Positions 51,017 through 62,481 of a stretch of DNA of 64,000 nucleotides are shown here, one piece after another; within the stretch, counting starts at the first letter, position 1; every line of letters begins with the position of its first letter. Below the pieces are notes generated by a model. That model was given only the letters and a program-made list of their open reading frames with translations, did no database searches and was not told where the DNA came from. A program made the translations under genes and the position numbers. This DNA is from Somniosus microcephalus (taxonomy: Eukaryota), in assembly GCA_052327205.1 (NCBI GenBank), contig CM126204.1, positions 43,090,001 through 43,154,000 of the forward strand, read 5' to 3'.

Positions 51017-54000
51017 CGTAATGTATTATCACATGGTTTGTCACATGGTTTAGTATTAGCATGCTCAGTTCGCTCTGGCCTAGTTTACAAGCACCTTGAC
51101 TAGCAACTCATCGTATCTCTGTTCTTCATTTGTTCTACCCACATATATTACATTTTTGGTGACGAGAATGGGATCCAAAAGCCATTTTTAGGGATCATGG
51201 AAGGACAGTGTTCAACCTTCGAGTGGAAAAGTTGAAGGTACACAGGTAGTGGGCTGAGTCAGTTTGATGGGATCGGGACAATAATGGACAATCGGGATTC
51301 ATCGGCAGCCTGGGCATGTATGACCGAGCTCGCAAACCATTCAGTTCTTGCATTGAGCGGATGGAGATTTTTTTTAAAGGCCAATAACAACATTATTGAG
51401 ACCGAAGGTGCAGATGAGAATGTTCAAGCTCATAATACCGTAATTCGTGAATGGAAAAAAACAATTTTTCTAACGGGGATCGGGCCAGATGTCTACGAAA
51501 CGTTGTCAAACCTACTTGCGCCAGGGAATGCGAATGATGTGTCGTTTGAAGACATTGTCGAGAAATGAGGACCATTTTGACCCAAAGCCATTAGAAATAG
51601 CAGAGAGCTATAAGTTTGGTACCAGAAACAAAGTGAAACCATCAGTGAGTACATTGTAACTCTTAAAAATCTGTCTTTGCATTATAACTTCGGCTCATTT
51701 TTGAATCGTGTGTTGTGAGATAAATTTGTGTGTGGACTGGTGGATGAGCGCACACAGTCGAAATTACTGAACACTCCGAACCTAATATTTGACATAGCAT
51801 GCAAAATTGCCCTATCTATGGAGATGGTGTCTAAGAATACTCGGGAGCTCCATCCAACTCAAGTGACTAGTGCAGCTGAGGTCTACAGTCACAAAGCCAA
51901 ACCTAAAGTTGTGAGACCGAGTCAAAAGCATGTCAGTAAGAGCAGTTCAGTGAATTGTTATCGCTGCAATGGAAATCACTCACCACAGACCTGCCAATAC
52001 AAAAATGTGAAGTGTTTTCACTGCCAGAAGCAAGGCCATATTTCAACAGCTTGCAGAGCTTGATCTAAAGCAGGAAGTAAGAACCATTCTAGTGGCAATG
52101 CAAAGCAGTGACAACAAAAGGGAGGCGTTCACAATATTGAAGTGAACACACATGATGTTGAAGAACTAGGCATATACAGTATCTATTCCGCTAGCAGTTG
52201 TGAGAAAGATTGCCGTACAAAACTTTTGATCAATGAGCAATATATTGATGTGTATCGACATGGCGGCGGACTGCTCTATCATGAGTAAGGACACAGAGGA
52301 GAGTAAGTTTAATCAAATACCACTTACAAAGAGTACCGTAGAGTTAAAAACCTACTTCGGAGAAAACCCAGAGACGTGGACAAATGGAACGTACAGTTCA
52401 ATGCAATGGCCAGTCAGTAAAGCTGCCTATTATTGTAGCGAGCTACAACAACAAGCCAACTCTCAGGGGCAAAGACTGATTCAGAAAGTTAAAACTAGAC
52501 TGAAAAAACACCTTCAGTGTAGATACTTCAAAGAAGCAACTCGACACAAAGCTGAACAAGTACAAAAGCATGTTCTCAGACAGTTATGACGCGCATATCC
52601 GTATCAAGTCCAACGCGAAGCCTGTCTATTGTAAGGCAAGGCTGGTCCCCTATGCGTTGAAAAGTCAGGATGAGGAAGAGCTAGAGAAACTGACAGAGAA
52701 CGGAGTGCTAGTGAAAACTGACAAAATGAATGGGCTACCCTGCTTGTGGTAGTGCCCAAAGCAGACAAAACTGTACGCTTGTGCGGTGACTACAAAGTTA
52801 CTATCAACCAAGCAGTTGACGATCAGCAGTGCTCGTTACCTACATCGCAAGATTTGTATGCAGCCCTCTCTGGGTCAAAGGTTTTCTCTAAGCTTGACCT
52901 GTCGCACGCTTACAAAGATCGAAAGAAACTACGAGCAAATGGAAAAGGAAGCACTCGCCATAGTGTTTGGAATCAAGAAATTCCAACAGTTCCTGATCAG
53001 CAGAAAGTTTACCCTGATAACCGATCACAAACCACTCCTAGCAATATTGGGGCCCAAATCTGCCATCCCTGCAATGGCCACATCAAGAATACAACATTGG
53101 GCAGTGTTGTTGTCACAATATGACGACATGATTGAATGTCGCACTTCAAAGCAAAACGCAATCACAGCTACCTTGTCCAGGTTGCCACATGAAGACTTGT
53201 GTTGGGAGTGAAGGTGAGATTTTCACACTAGGTGCAGTTGACAAAGACCTTCCCGTGAATGCAACTGAGATTGCAAATGAGACTCGAAAGGAATCCGTAC
53301 TGAAAAGAGTGTATGAAAACACCTTGAATGGATGGACTGATGAGTGTGTGGACACAGAACTGAAACCATTCCATAACCGTCGTACTGAATTGTCTTGTGA
53401 GCAAGGTTGTATCCAGTGAGGCAACAGAGTGGTGGTACCTACTTCGCTGAGAGATAAAATTCTGGCCGAACTTCATACTGAACATCCTGGGATCGTCAGT
53501 ATGAAATCAATTGCAAGAAGCTTTGTTTACTGGCCTGGATTGGACAGTGACCTTGAATCACTTGTCAGCAAATGCAGCATTTGCCAAAACTGCGGCAACA
53601 AACCACCCAAAACTTCATTACAACCCTGATCATGGCCAAGTAGACATTTTCGGAGAGTACATGTAGACTTCTGTGAGAAAGCAAATGATTATTAGCTGGT
53701 ACTTGTAGATAGTCACTCAAAGTGGATTGAAGTGAAACACATGGGTTCAAATATTACAACATAGATGAGTTGAGGTCTATCTTTGCATGTCATGGCTTAC
53801 CTGAAGAGTTTGTTTCTGACAATGACCCTCAGTTCCATTCTGTTCTATTCCAAGAATTCATGAAATGGAACAGTATCAAACACTCTCGTTCCACCATATC
53901 ATCCAGCTTCAAACGGAGCAGCTGAAAGATCAGTCAGAATAGTGAAGTAAGCTCTCAAAAAGCAAGTGTTGCAGGGTTGTTCAGGACTCAGCATGAAGCA

Positions 54001-55049
54001 AAGTTTGGCAAATTTCTTGCTTAAGTACAGAACTACTCCGCACACTACAACTGGATATACCCTAGCAGAACTCTTGATGAAGAGAAGATTGAGAACACGA
54101 TGGAGTCTTGTTCAACCAAATTTGGCCTCGAGTTGAACAGAAACAGTTGAGTCAGAAACATTATTATGACAGCAATTAGAAAGAACCCAGTTGCAAACAA
54201 AACGAGTGTGTTCATGTTCTCAGTCCCCTGGAAAGTCGAGTTCACACATGTGGGATGTAAGAACCATAGTAGAGGTTGGTGGAACCAAGAGATATTTGGT
54301 TGAAATTGATGACGACATCCGAAGTGTTCATGTAGATCAAATGATCTCTGCTAGAGATGAACCAAGACGTGATCTTCAACCACTTGATCATAAACTGATA
54401 CAGGAGTTTGACTCAGTTCAGACTTCAGTAACTGAAGTTCCAGGTTCAAACAAGTCTGAGATAGAAACAGGATCATCTTTGAGTTCGGAACCGAAACAAA
54501 ACAGCCCGGAAATTGGTTCAACACCAAAACCTTCTTGGGGATCAGGAAAGCTCCACAAACCTGTTATTGAACTGGATTTGTAGTTCATGTTTTTAAAAAA
54601 GCCAGGAGTTTTTGTTATGTGGTACATGTAATGCTGGGAAAGGTGGGACCATAGTTTTGTTGTATTTGAAAGGAGAATACATTTGTTTTTTTTAAGGGGA
54701 AAGCAGTGTAATGTATTATCGCATGGTTTGTCACATGGTTTAGTATGAGCATGCTCAGTTCGCTCTGGTCTAGTAAACAAGCACCTTGACTAGCAATTCA
54801 ACGTGTCTCTGTCCTTCATTTGTTCTACCCACATATATTACATTTTTGGCGATGAGAATGGGATCCAAAAGCCATTTTTAGGGATCATGGAAGGACACAG
54901 CGTTCAATCTTCGAGCGGAAAAGTTAAAGGTGTACAGGTATTATGCTGAGTCACTGTTCGATGGGATCGGGACAATCATGGCCAACCGGGATTCATCGGA
55001 AGCCTGGGCATGTATGAATGAGCTCGCAAACCATTCAGTTCTTGCATTG
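51017..55049 (+). mobile_element. Decayed Ty3/Gypsy (Mag-like) element plus the start of a second tandem unit
   Basis: 136-bp LTRs at 51017-51152 and 54707-54842 (about 10 differences); PBS TGGTGACGAG; PPT AAGGGGAAAG; gag zinc knuckles; RT core deleted near 52913; PBS and leader repeated at 54843-55049. Confidence 0.92.
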
Positions 55050-55250
55050 GCCAATATTTATCACTCAACCAACATAATTAAAACAGATTATCTGGCCATT
55101 ATCACACTGCTGTTTGTGGAACCTTGCTGTGCACAAATTGGCTGCCGTGGTTCCGACATTACAACAGTGACTACACTTCAATAGTACTTCATTGGCTGTA
55201 AAGCGTTTTGGGACGTCCTGCGGTCGAGAAATGCAAGTCTTTCTTTCTTT
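55050..55250 (+). mobile_element. DeuSINE (SacSINE1-like) 3' part
   Basis: Matches 43043-43243; ends AATGCAAGTCTTTCTTTCTTT. Confidence 0.8.
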
Positions 55251-55911
55251 ACCCCATCTAACAAAGCCTACCTCTGGTCAGCTAATATGTGATACTCAAG
55301 GGTTTCAGCCCAGTCAAAAGCACCCTCCCATACTGAGGAAAAGTGGAGAAAAATCATTTCTTTAAAATTATGCTAATACAGTGCAGAAAAAATAATGATG
55401 GAATTCTAACTAATTTGAAATGAATAATTATATGAAGTACATTGGCCTTGCTTCCTCTGTTTGCAGCCTTTTTGGCACGAAGATGGCCACCAGCTAGATG
55501 AAAATAATTCTTCCAGCAGTTTTCAGTTGTACTGATTGCTGAAAAAAGCAATCACTGCTTCTTGAGGCATTGATGAGAATGTTGTCAATAAAACTGAGGT
55601 ATGAGGGGTCATTGTAAAAAAAAAAAAAATCACTCCCAGCAAGGAGCCTCCTCCATCAGGAGCACATTAGGGAGTTCAGGCATGCTCATGATAATTTAAT
55701 GTCTATTTATTTTACAAAGTTATGCTCTCTATTAGAAGCAATAGACCAATAAATTACTTTCCACTTTGATTCAGGTGAGATCGGATGCTCCAATACATTT
55801 CCTCCCTCCCCGCCCCCCCATGCTTCCCTTCCCCAGGATGACAGTTAACATCTGGGAGATTTCCCTGGTAATTTTTTTTTAATTGCTTGAAGCCACTGAA
55901 TGAATCTTTGT

Positions 55912-56670
55912 TTATTATTTGTTCATGGGATGTAGCCAGCATTTATTGCCCATCTCCCTTGAGAAGGTGGTGGTGAGCCGTCTTCTTGAACCACTACAGT
56001 CCGTGTGGTGAAGGTACTCCCGTAGTGCTGTTAGGGAGGGGGTTTCAGGATTTTGACCCAGTGACGATGAAGGAACGACAATACACTTCCAAATCCGGAT
56101 GGTGTGTGACTTGCAGCGGAACTTGGAGGTGGCGGTGTTCCCACGCGCCTGCGGCCCTTGTCCTTCTAGGTGGAAGAGGTCGTGGGTTTGGGAGGTGCTG
56201 CACACTGCTGCCACGGTGGTGGAGGGTGTGAATGTATAAGGTGGTGGATCGAGTGCCAATCAAGCGGGCTGCTTTGTCCTGGATGGTGTCGAGCTTCTTG
56301 AGTGTTGTTGGAGCTGCACTCATCCAGGCAAGTGGAGAGTATTCCATCACACTCCTTACTTGTGCCTTGTAGATGGTGGGAAAAGCTTTGGGGAGTTAGG
56401 AGGTGAGATACTCGCCACAGAATACCTAGCCTCTGACCTGCTCTTGTAGCCACAGTATTTATGTGGCTGGTCCAGTTAAATTTCTGGTCAATGGTGACCC
56501 TCAGGATGTTGATGGTGGGGGATTCGGCGATGGTAATCCCGTTGACTGTCTGGGGGAGGTGGTTAGATGCTCGCTTGTTGGAGATAGTCATTGCCTGACA
56601 CTTCTGTGGCGCAAATGTTACCTGCCACTTATCAGCCCAAGCCTAAACGTCGTCCAGGTCTTGTTGCATC
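55912..56670 (-). mobile_element. CR1-group (Zenon-like) LINE 3' part
   Basis: Reverse complement of about 8680-9480. Confidence 0.88.
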
Positions 56671-56848
56671 TTTGTAGCAAACCTTTAACCTTCACTATCT
56701 TTTTTACCAAGGGGCGTCAGAGCGTGTTGATTAACATGTTGCTGCTGTTCTCCTTGCTCACAGCTACATGCGAGTTCAAATTGTTTTAATGTTCCGGTTC
56801 CTGGGGTATTTTCACGTTTTAACATCATTCTTAGTGATTGTGTGAATA

Positions 56849-57177
56849 AACATAGAAACATAGAAGATAGGAGCAAGAGTAGGCCACTCGGCCCCTCTAG
56901 CCTGCCCTGCCATTCAATACGATCATGGCTGATCATCCAAATTCAGTACCCGGTCCCTGCTTTCTCACCATACCCCTTGATCCCTTTAGCCTTAAGAAAT
57001 ATATCCAACTCCTTCTTGAATATATTTAATGAATTGGCCTCTACTGCTTTCTGTGGTAGAGAATTCCACAGGTTCACCACTCTCTGGGTGAAGAAATTTC
57101 TCCTCATTTCTGTCCTAAATGGCCTACCCCTTATCCTTAGACTGTGACCCCTGGTTCTGGACTCCCCGACCATCGGG
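56849..57177 (-). mobile_element. CR1 LINE 3' fragment
   Basis: (AACATAGA)n tail; ORF 56943-57173 RNFFTQRVVNLWNSLP. Confidence 0.9.
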
Positions 57178-58631
57178 GCATAGTGGTTATTTGTGAAATT
57201 GCCTGAATCGTTTTTGATTCCGTTAACAAAATTTAACTATATCCTCGCCGTAAATCCCCATTTTGGTGTAAACCGCTTTACAACTCTCTGTACTGTCTTA
57301 TGAGGTTTTATGTTAACAAATGTAAAAATGAAAAGCACACAAGTGTCCAAAAGATTAATTGGTCAGCTAACCCCCGTCATGTAAAGAGCTTGAATAATAG
57401 CAAATCAAGCGAAGGACCTTGACAGTATTAGCACAGAAGTGTCCACAATGACCCTATCAGCTCAGCAACAGAACTCATTGTTGGCTGCCACTAGACCAAT
57501 TTGTTGAAGATATTCTGGCGTTTATGATTCGGCTGTAAACATGAAATAGGTTGAAGTCGCTTCTGGGTGATATTGCTCTGTACCTTTACAAACACTGTAA
57601 ATTGGTCTAGGAATACATTGTTGTTCATATCCCTGTACCTGAATGCCTTTGACTCTTGTTTCAAAGATTTTGCTGTTGGCAAAATATGTGAGCTACCCTC
57701 TCACTAACTTACACTAAAGGCCCGATTTTAACACCCCCGTGCCCGAGGCGAATGGGACATGCCAGGGGTATAAATATCGGCAGCGTGGCACTCGCCTTGT
57801 CCACGCCACACTTGCGCCCTGTGCCATTTTTGACTGGTGCATTTTGGGCAACGTGCAAGGCCCTCGCCCCAGGAGGCCTCATTGACATGCAAAAGTCATG
57901 GCCGAGTGACGTCACTCAGACCCCGGCATTGTTTTAACCCCAGGTTGTGTGATCTGCACACGTGCTAATCGCACCAGGGGAAGCTAACTTGCAGGGGACT
58001 GACATCATCATAGTCTAATAGAAATGGGTGGGTTATTGATTCTGCTGTCAGATAAAGGTCTCCTGCTACAGCAAGCTAAATCGGCAGGGAGCTCGTCCCA
58101 CACATTCTGCATTATCTACTAATAAAAACAGAAAATGCTGGAAATACTCAGCAGGTCAGGCAGCAGCTGTAGAGAGAGAAACAGAGTTAACGTTTCAGGT
58201 CGATGACCCTTCGTCAGAACTGGAAAAGGTTGTTAAGCAAGTGTAGGGGCAGGGAAAGGGGGGAGGGGAGGAAAGAACAAAAGGGAAGGTCTGTGATAGG
58301 GTGGAAGGCAGGAGAGATTAAAAGACAAAAGGGACGATGGTGCAAGGCAAAAGGAGATGTGATACGCTTATCAATTACTTCATAAAAGGTGATGAGTCGA
58401 AGAAGAGATGATGAGTCGAAAGAAGAGATGAATAAGGCTTTTATTAGCTAAGAAGAGACCATGCTTCTTCGTGAGTGACTGAACAAGTCTGAACGAAACC
58501 CACACAGTGGTGGGTGGAGTCAGCTGAGGCATGCCTCCATACACAGCGCCACCCAGAGGTGGCAATATACAATACAGTGGTTTACCACATTCACCCCTTG
58601 TTTAATGTGAAGTCCGGCGGGGTGAAGGGTA

Positions 58632-61010
58632 CTACAAGTTAAATCTATCAGGAGGCCTTGTCTGACGTCCTGATCGTCGTGGTGGCGGCGGTGGTGTTAC
58701 AGCATCCGACGTCGGGTCTGGTGTCTGGGTGGTTGGCGAAGATTCCTGGGGCTTTGGCATGCCGTCTGCAAGGGTTGGGTTGGGAGGGGTGGTGGGGGAT
58801 AACAGTGGTAAGGGGGATAACGGTGGTAAGGGGGATAACGGTGGTAATTCAGGGGTACCCGAGGGTGCGAGATCTCGTATGGAGACCGTGTCCTCCCGCC
58901 CGTCTGGGTATGTCACCCAGGCATACTGGGGGTTGGCGTGTAGGAGGTGCACCCGCTCGACCAGGGGGTCCGTTTTATGCGTCCTCACGTGCCTCCGCAG
59001 TAGGACGGGCCCAGGAGAAGTCAACCATGCCGGTAGCGAGGTTCCCGATGTAGACTTCCGGGGGAAAACGAACATTTTCTCATGAGGGGTCGCATTAGTG
59101 GCAGTACAAAGCAGTGACCGAATGGAGTGGAGCGCTGCAGGGAGGACCTCCTGCCAGCGGGAGGTCGGAAGGCCCTTAGATTTTAGTGCTAAGAGGACTG
59201 CCTTCCAAACCGTCGCGTTCTCCCTTTCCACCTGGCCGTTCCCCCGGGGGTTGTAACTGGTGGTCCTGCTCGTGGCGATACCTCTTGTTAGCAGGTACTG
59301 CTGAAGTTCGTCGCTCATGAACGATGAGCCCCTGTCGCTATGTATATAGCTGGGGAACCCGAACAGAGCGAAGATGTCATTCAGACACTTGATGACCGTG
59401 GTACTGGTCATGTCTGGGCAAGGGATGGCAAAGGGGAAACGGGAGTACTCATCAACTATGTTGAGGAAGTACACATTGCGGTCAGCGGAGGGGAGGGGCC
59501 CTTTAAAATCGACGCTCAGGCGTTCGAAGGGGCGGGTGGCCTTGATCAGGCTTGCTCTGTCCGGCCTATAGAAGTGCGGTTTGCACTCGGCGCAGATTTG
59601 GCAGCTCTTGGTCATGGTCCTGACCTCCTCGATGGAGTAGGGCAGGTTACGGGATTTGATAAAATGGAAAAACCTGGTGACCCCCGGGTGGCAGAGGTCA
59701 TTGTGGAGGGACTGCAGCCTATCACTCTGCGCGTTGGCGCATGTACCACGTGATAGGGCATCTGGGGGCTCATTGAGTTTCCCTGGCCGATACAAGATAT
59801 CATAATTGTAGGTGGAGAGTTCGATTCTCCACCTCAAGATCTTGTCGTTCTTGATTTTACCCCTCTGCTTATTATTAAACATAAAAGCTACTGAACGCTG
59901 GTCAGTGAGCAGGGTAAATCGTTTCCCGGCCAGGTAATGCCTCCAGTGACGCACCGCTTCTACAATAGCCTGGGCCTCCTTTTCGACGGAGGAGTGTCTC
60001 GTCTCGGGGCCCTGGAGGGTCCTTGAGAAAAAGGCCACGGGTCTGCCCGCCTGGTTAAGGGTCGCGGCTAGGGCGAAGTCGGAGGCATCGCTCTCCACTT
60101 GGAAGGGGATGGACTCATCCACCGCGTGCATTGCGGCCTTCGCGATATCGTTCTTGATAAGAGTGAAGGCTGCACACGCCTCTGGTGTCAGGGGGAAGGA
60201 GGTGGCTTTGATGAGGGGCCTGGCTTTGTCTGCATAGTGGGGCACCCACTGGGCGTAGTAGGAGAAAAACCCCAGGCATCTCTTCAGTGCTTTTTGGCAG
60301 TGGGGAAGGGGTAGCTCCATTAGGGGGCGCATTCTGTCGGGGTCGGGCCCGATGACTCCGTTCTCCACCACGCAGCCGAGGATGGCCAGGCGCTTGGTGT
60401 GAAACATACATTTTTCCTTATTGTACGTTAGGTTCAGCCGTTGGGCCGTACGGAGGAAATTTGCTAGATTAACGTCGTGGTCCTGCTGGTCGTGGCCGCA
60501 GATGGTGACGTTATCCAAATAGGGGAAGGTTGCCCGCAGCGCGTTCTGGTCAACCATTCGGTCCATCTCCCTTTGGAAGACCGAAACCCCGTTGGTGACG
60601 CCGAAGGGGACCCTAAGGAAGTGGTAGAGGCGGCCGTTTGCCTCGAAGGCAGTATACTGGCGGTCCTCATGGCGGATGGGCAGCTGGTGGTACGCTGACT
60701 TAAGGTCGATGGTGGAGAATACTTTGTATTGCGCAATCTGATTGACCATATCAGATATGCGAGGGAGGGGGTACGCGTCCAGCTGGGTGTACCGGTTTAT
60801 GGTTTGGCTGTAGTCGATTACCATGCGGCGTTTTGCAGTGGTTTTAACGACTACAACCTGGGCTCGCCAGGGGCTAGTGCTACCTTCGATAATGCCCTCC
60901 TTCAAGAGCCGCTCCACCTCAGAGCTGATAAAAGCTCTGTCCCCGGCACTGTACCGCCTGCTTTTGGTAGCGATGGGTTTACAGTCGCGGGTGAGGTTAG
61001 CGAACAGGGG
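58632..61010 (-). CDS. pol: Pol: RT, RNase H, integrase (continues from the gag-pro frame via a -1 shift)
   Basis: IDLKSAYHQ, YLDN, ESDASDFALAA, HHCC zinc finger, DFKGP..SDRG..NGQVER; no internal stops. Confidence 0.9.
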   Translation of the reverse strand, partial: PLFANLTRDCKPIATKSRRYSAGDRAFISSEVERLLKEGIIEGSTSPWRAQVVVVKTTAKRRMVIDYSQTINRYTQLDAYPLPRISDMVNQIAQYKVFSTIDLKSAYHQLPIRHEDRQYTAFEANGRLYHFLRVPFGVTNGVSVFQREMDRMVDQNALRATFPYLDNVTICGHDQQDHDVNLANFLRTAQRLNLTYNKEKCMFHTKRLAILGCVVENGVIGPDPDRMRPLMELPLPHCQKALKRCLGFFSYYAQWVPHYADKARPLIKATSFPLTPEACAAFTLIKNDIAKAAMHAVDESIPFQVESDASDFALAATLNQAGRPVAFFSRTLQGPETRHSSVEKEAQAIVEAVRHWRHYLAGKRFTLLTDQRSVAFMFNNKQRGKIKNDKILRWRIELSTYNYDILYRPGKLNEPPDALSRGTCANAQSDRLQSLHNDLCHPGVTRFFHFIKSRNLPYSIEEVRTMTKSCQICAECKPHFYRPDRASLIKATRPFERLSVDFKGPLPSADRNVYFLNIVDEYSRFPFAIPCPDMTSTTVIKCLNDIFALFGFPSYIHSDRGSSFMSDELQQYLLTRGIATSRTTSYNPRGNGQVERENATVWKAVLLALKSKGLPTSRWQEVLPAALHSIRSLLCTATNATPHEKMFVFPRKSTSGTSLPAWLTSPGPVLLRRHVRTHKTDPLVERVHLLHANPQYAWVTYPDGREDTVSIRDLAPSGTPELPPLSPLPPLSPLPLLSPTTPPNPTLADGMPKPQESSPTTQTPDPTSDAVTPPPPPRRSGRQTRPPDRFNL

Positions 61011-62461
61011 AGGGGGGGGACTTTTAATGTGGAAAGGCTGCAGGTGGTTTGCAGCGGGCGATTTAAAAGTTGTTGGTTGCAGACTGTGAGTGGGGGGAGG
61101 GGTCCACCGTATGCTAGTGTGACACTCTTAAGGTGGCACTGAAAATCCAACCCTAGCAGGACGGCAGCGCAAAGACGGGGCAGGACTAGCAGTTTAAATT
61201 TTTGATATTCAGTGCCCCCTACTGACAGGGTCACCACACAGTAGCCGCTGATGTCCATTGACTGGGACTTGGACGCCATAGAAATGCGATGGTGCGTTGG
61301 CAGAATCGTGAGGGAGTGGCTACGTACCGTGTCGGGGTGGACGAAACTCTCTGTGCTCCCGCTGTCGATCAGGCAACTGGTGGCGCGGCCGTTTACCGCG
61401 ATATCCATCATGGAGCTGGATAGATGGTGAGGGAGGGCTTGATCCAGCGTCACGGAGGCCAGTATGTGGCTTAGTGAGTCACTATAGTCATCCGCCGAGA
61501 CGGTGGTCGGTTCCGGTGACGAAATGGCGGTTGAGTGCGTTGGATACGATGGCGGCGGATGCCATGCGGCCGGGGGTACACAAAATGGCGGATAAGATGG
61601 CTGCTCCCACGGCCCGCACGCTGCGCTGCTGGCTGGCTTCCCCTTGCAGGCGTTAGCGTAATGGCCTTTCTTCCCGCAGCCCGAGCAGGTAGCTGTCTTA
61701 GCTGGGCAGTGCGCTCTGGGATGTTTTAACTGGCCACAGAAATAGCATTTTTGGGCCTGGTTACTGGGCATCGAAGCAGTTCTTACCGGAGGCTGCTGTC
61801 TCGGTTGGGTCGCTGCAGCGGTTGGTGCCGGGGGCGGCGGTCCCGTGTCCCACGGTTTCGATTGCCATGTCTCGGCGCCGTTACGGGGGTATGCCTCGAG
61901 GTTTCGGTGGGCCTCCTCTAACGAGAGCGCAAGGGCAATGGCCGTCTTCAGGTCGGGTTCCTTGCTTTCTAGCAGTCTCTGCCGGGTGTGGTCTGACTGG
62001 AGGCCCCTGACGAAGGCATCACAGGCGAGTCCCTGCGCGTGCTCCACAGCCGTTACCGCTTTACAATCGCAGTCTCTGCAGAGTGCCAGTAGCGCCCGTG
62101 CAAATGCCCCTACCGATTCTCCCGGTTGCTGCCTGCGGGATCCCAAGAGGTGTCGGGCGTAAATTGTGTTCACTGGGCGCGTATATTGCCCTTTTAGTAG
62201 CTCGAGGGCCGCCACGTACGTATTAGAGTCCCGGATTAGCATATATACTTGATGGCTCACCTGGGCGGTCAAAATTTTCAGTTTGTGATCCTCCTCTGTA
62301 ACCTGTGAGATTGCGAGGAAGGATTCAAAGCAGCTCAGCCAGTGTTCAAACTTGGCTGATGCACCCACATCTTGAGGGTCGAGGTCCAGGCGTGGTGGTC
62401 TGAGGGCTCTCAGCAATGTCTGCTGTATCCGTTGCTGTTGTTGCTCCTCAGGTGTCGCCAT
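60902..62461 (-). CDS. gag: Gag (two zinc knuckles) + aspartic protease
   Basis: CYFCGQLKHPRAHC and CSGCGKKGHYANAC; LIDSGSTESF; ATG about 22 nt after the 5' LTR. Confidence 0.9.
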   Translation of the reverse strand: MATPEEQQQQRIQQTLLRALRPPRLDLDPQDVGASAKFEHWLSCFESFLAISQVTEEDHKLKILTAQVSHQVYMLIRDSNTYVAALELLKGQYTRPVNTIYARHLLGSRRQQPGESVGAFARALLALCRDCDCKAVTAVEHAQGLACDAFVRGLQSDHTRQRLLESKEPDLKTAIALALSLEEAHRNLEAYPRNGAETWQSKPWDTGPPPPAPTAAATQPRQQPPVRTASMPSNQAQKCYFCGQLKHPRAHCPAKTATCSGCGKKGHYANACKGKPASSAACGPWEQPSYPPFCVPPAAWHPPPSYPTHSTAISSPEPTTVSADDYSDSLSHILASVTLDQALPHHLSSSMMDIAVNGRATSCLIDSGSTESFVHPDTVRSHSLTILPTHHRISMASKSQSMDISGYCVVTLSVGGTEYQKFKLLVLPRLCAAVLLGLDFQCHLKSVTLAYGGPLPPLTVCNQQLLNRPLQTTCSLSTLKVPPLPCSLTSPATVNPSLPKAGGTVPGTELLSALRWSGS

Positions 62462-62468
62462 TTAACTT

Positions 62469-62481
62469 TTAGCTAATAAAA
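62469..62481 (-). promoter_or_regulatory. Putative self-primer binding site
   Basis: Element-strand TTTTATTAGCTAA is the exact complement of TTAGCTAATAAAA in the LTR (62562-62574). Confidence 0.75.
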
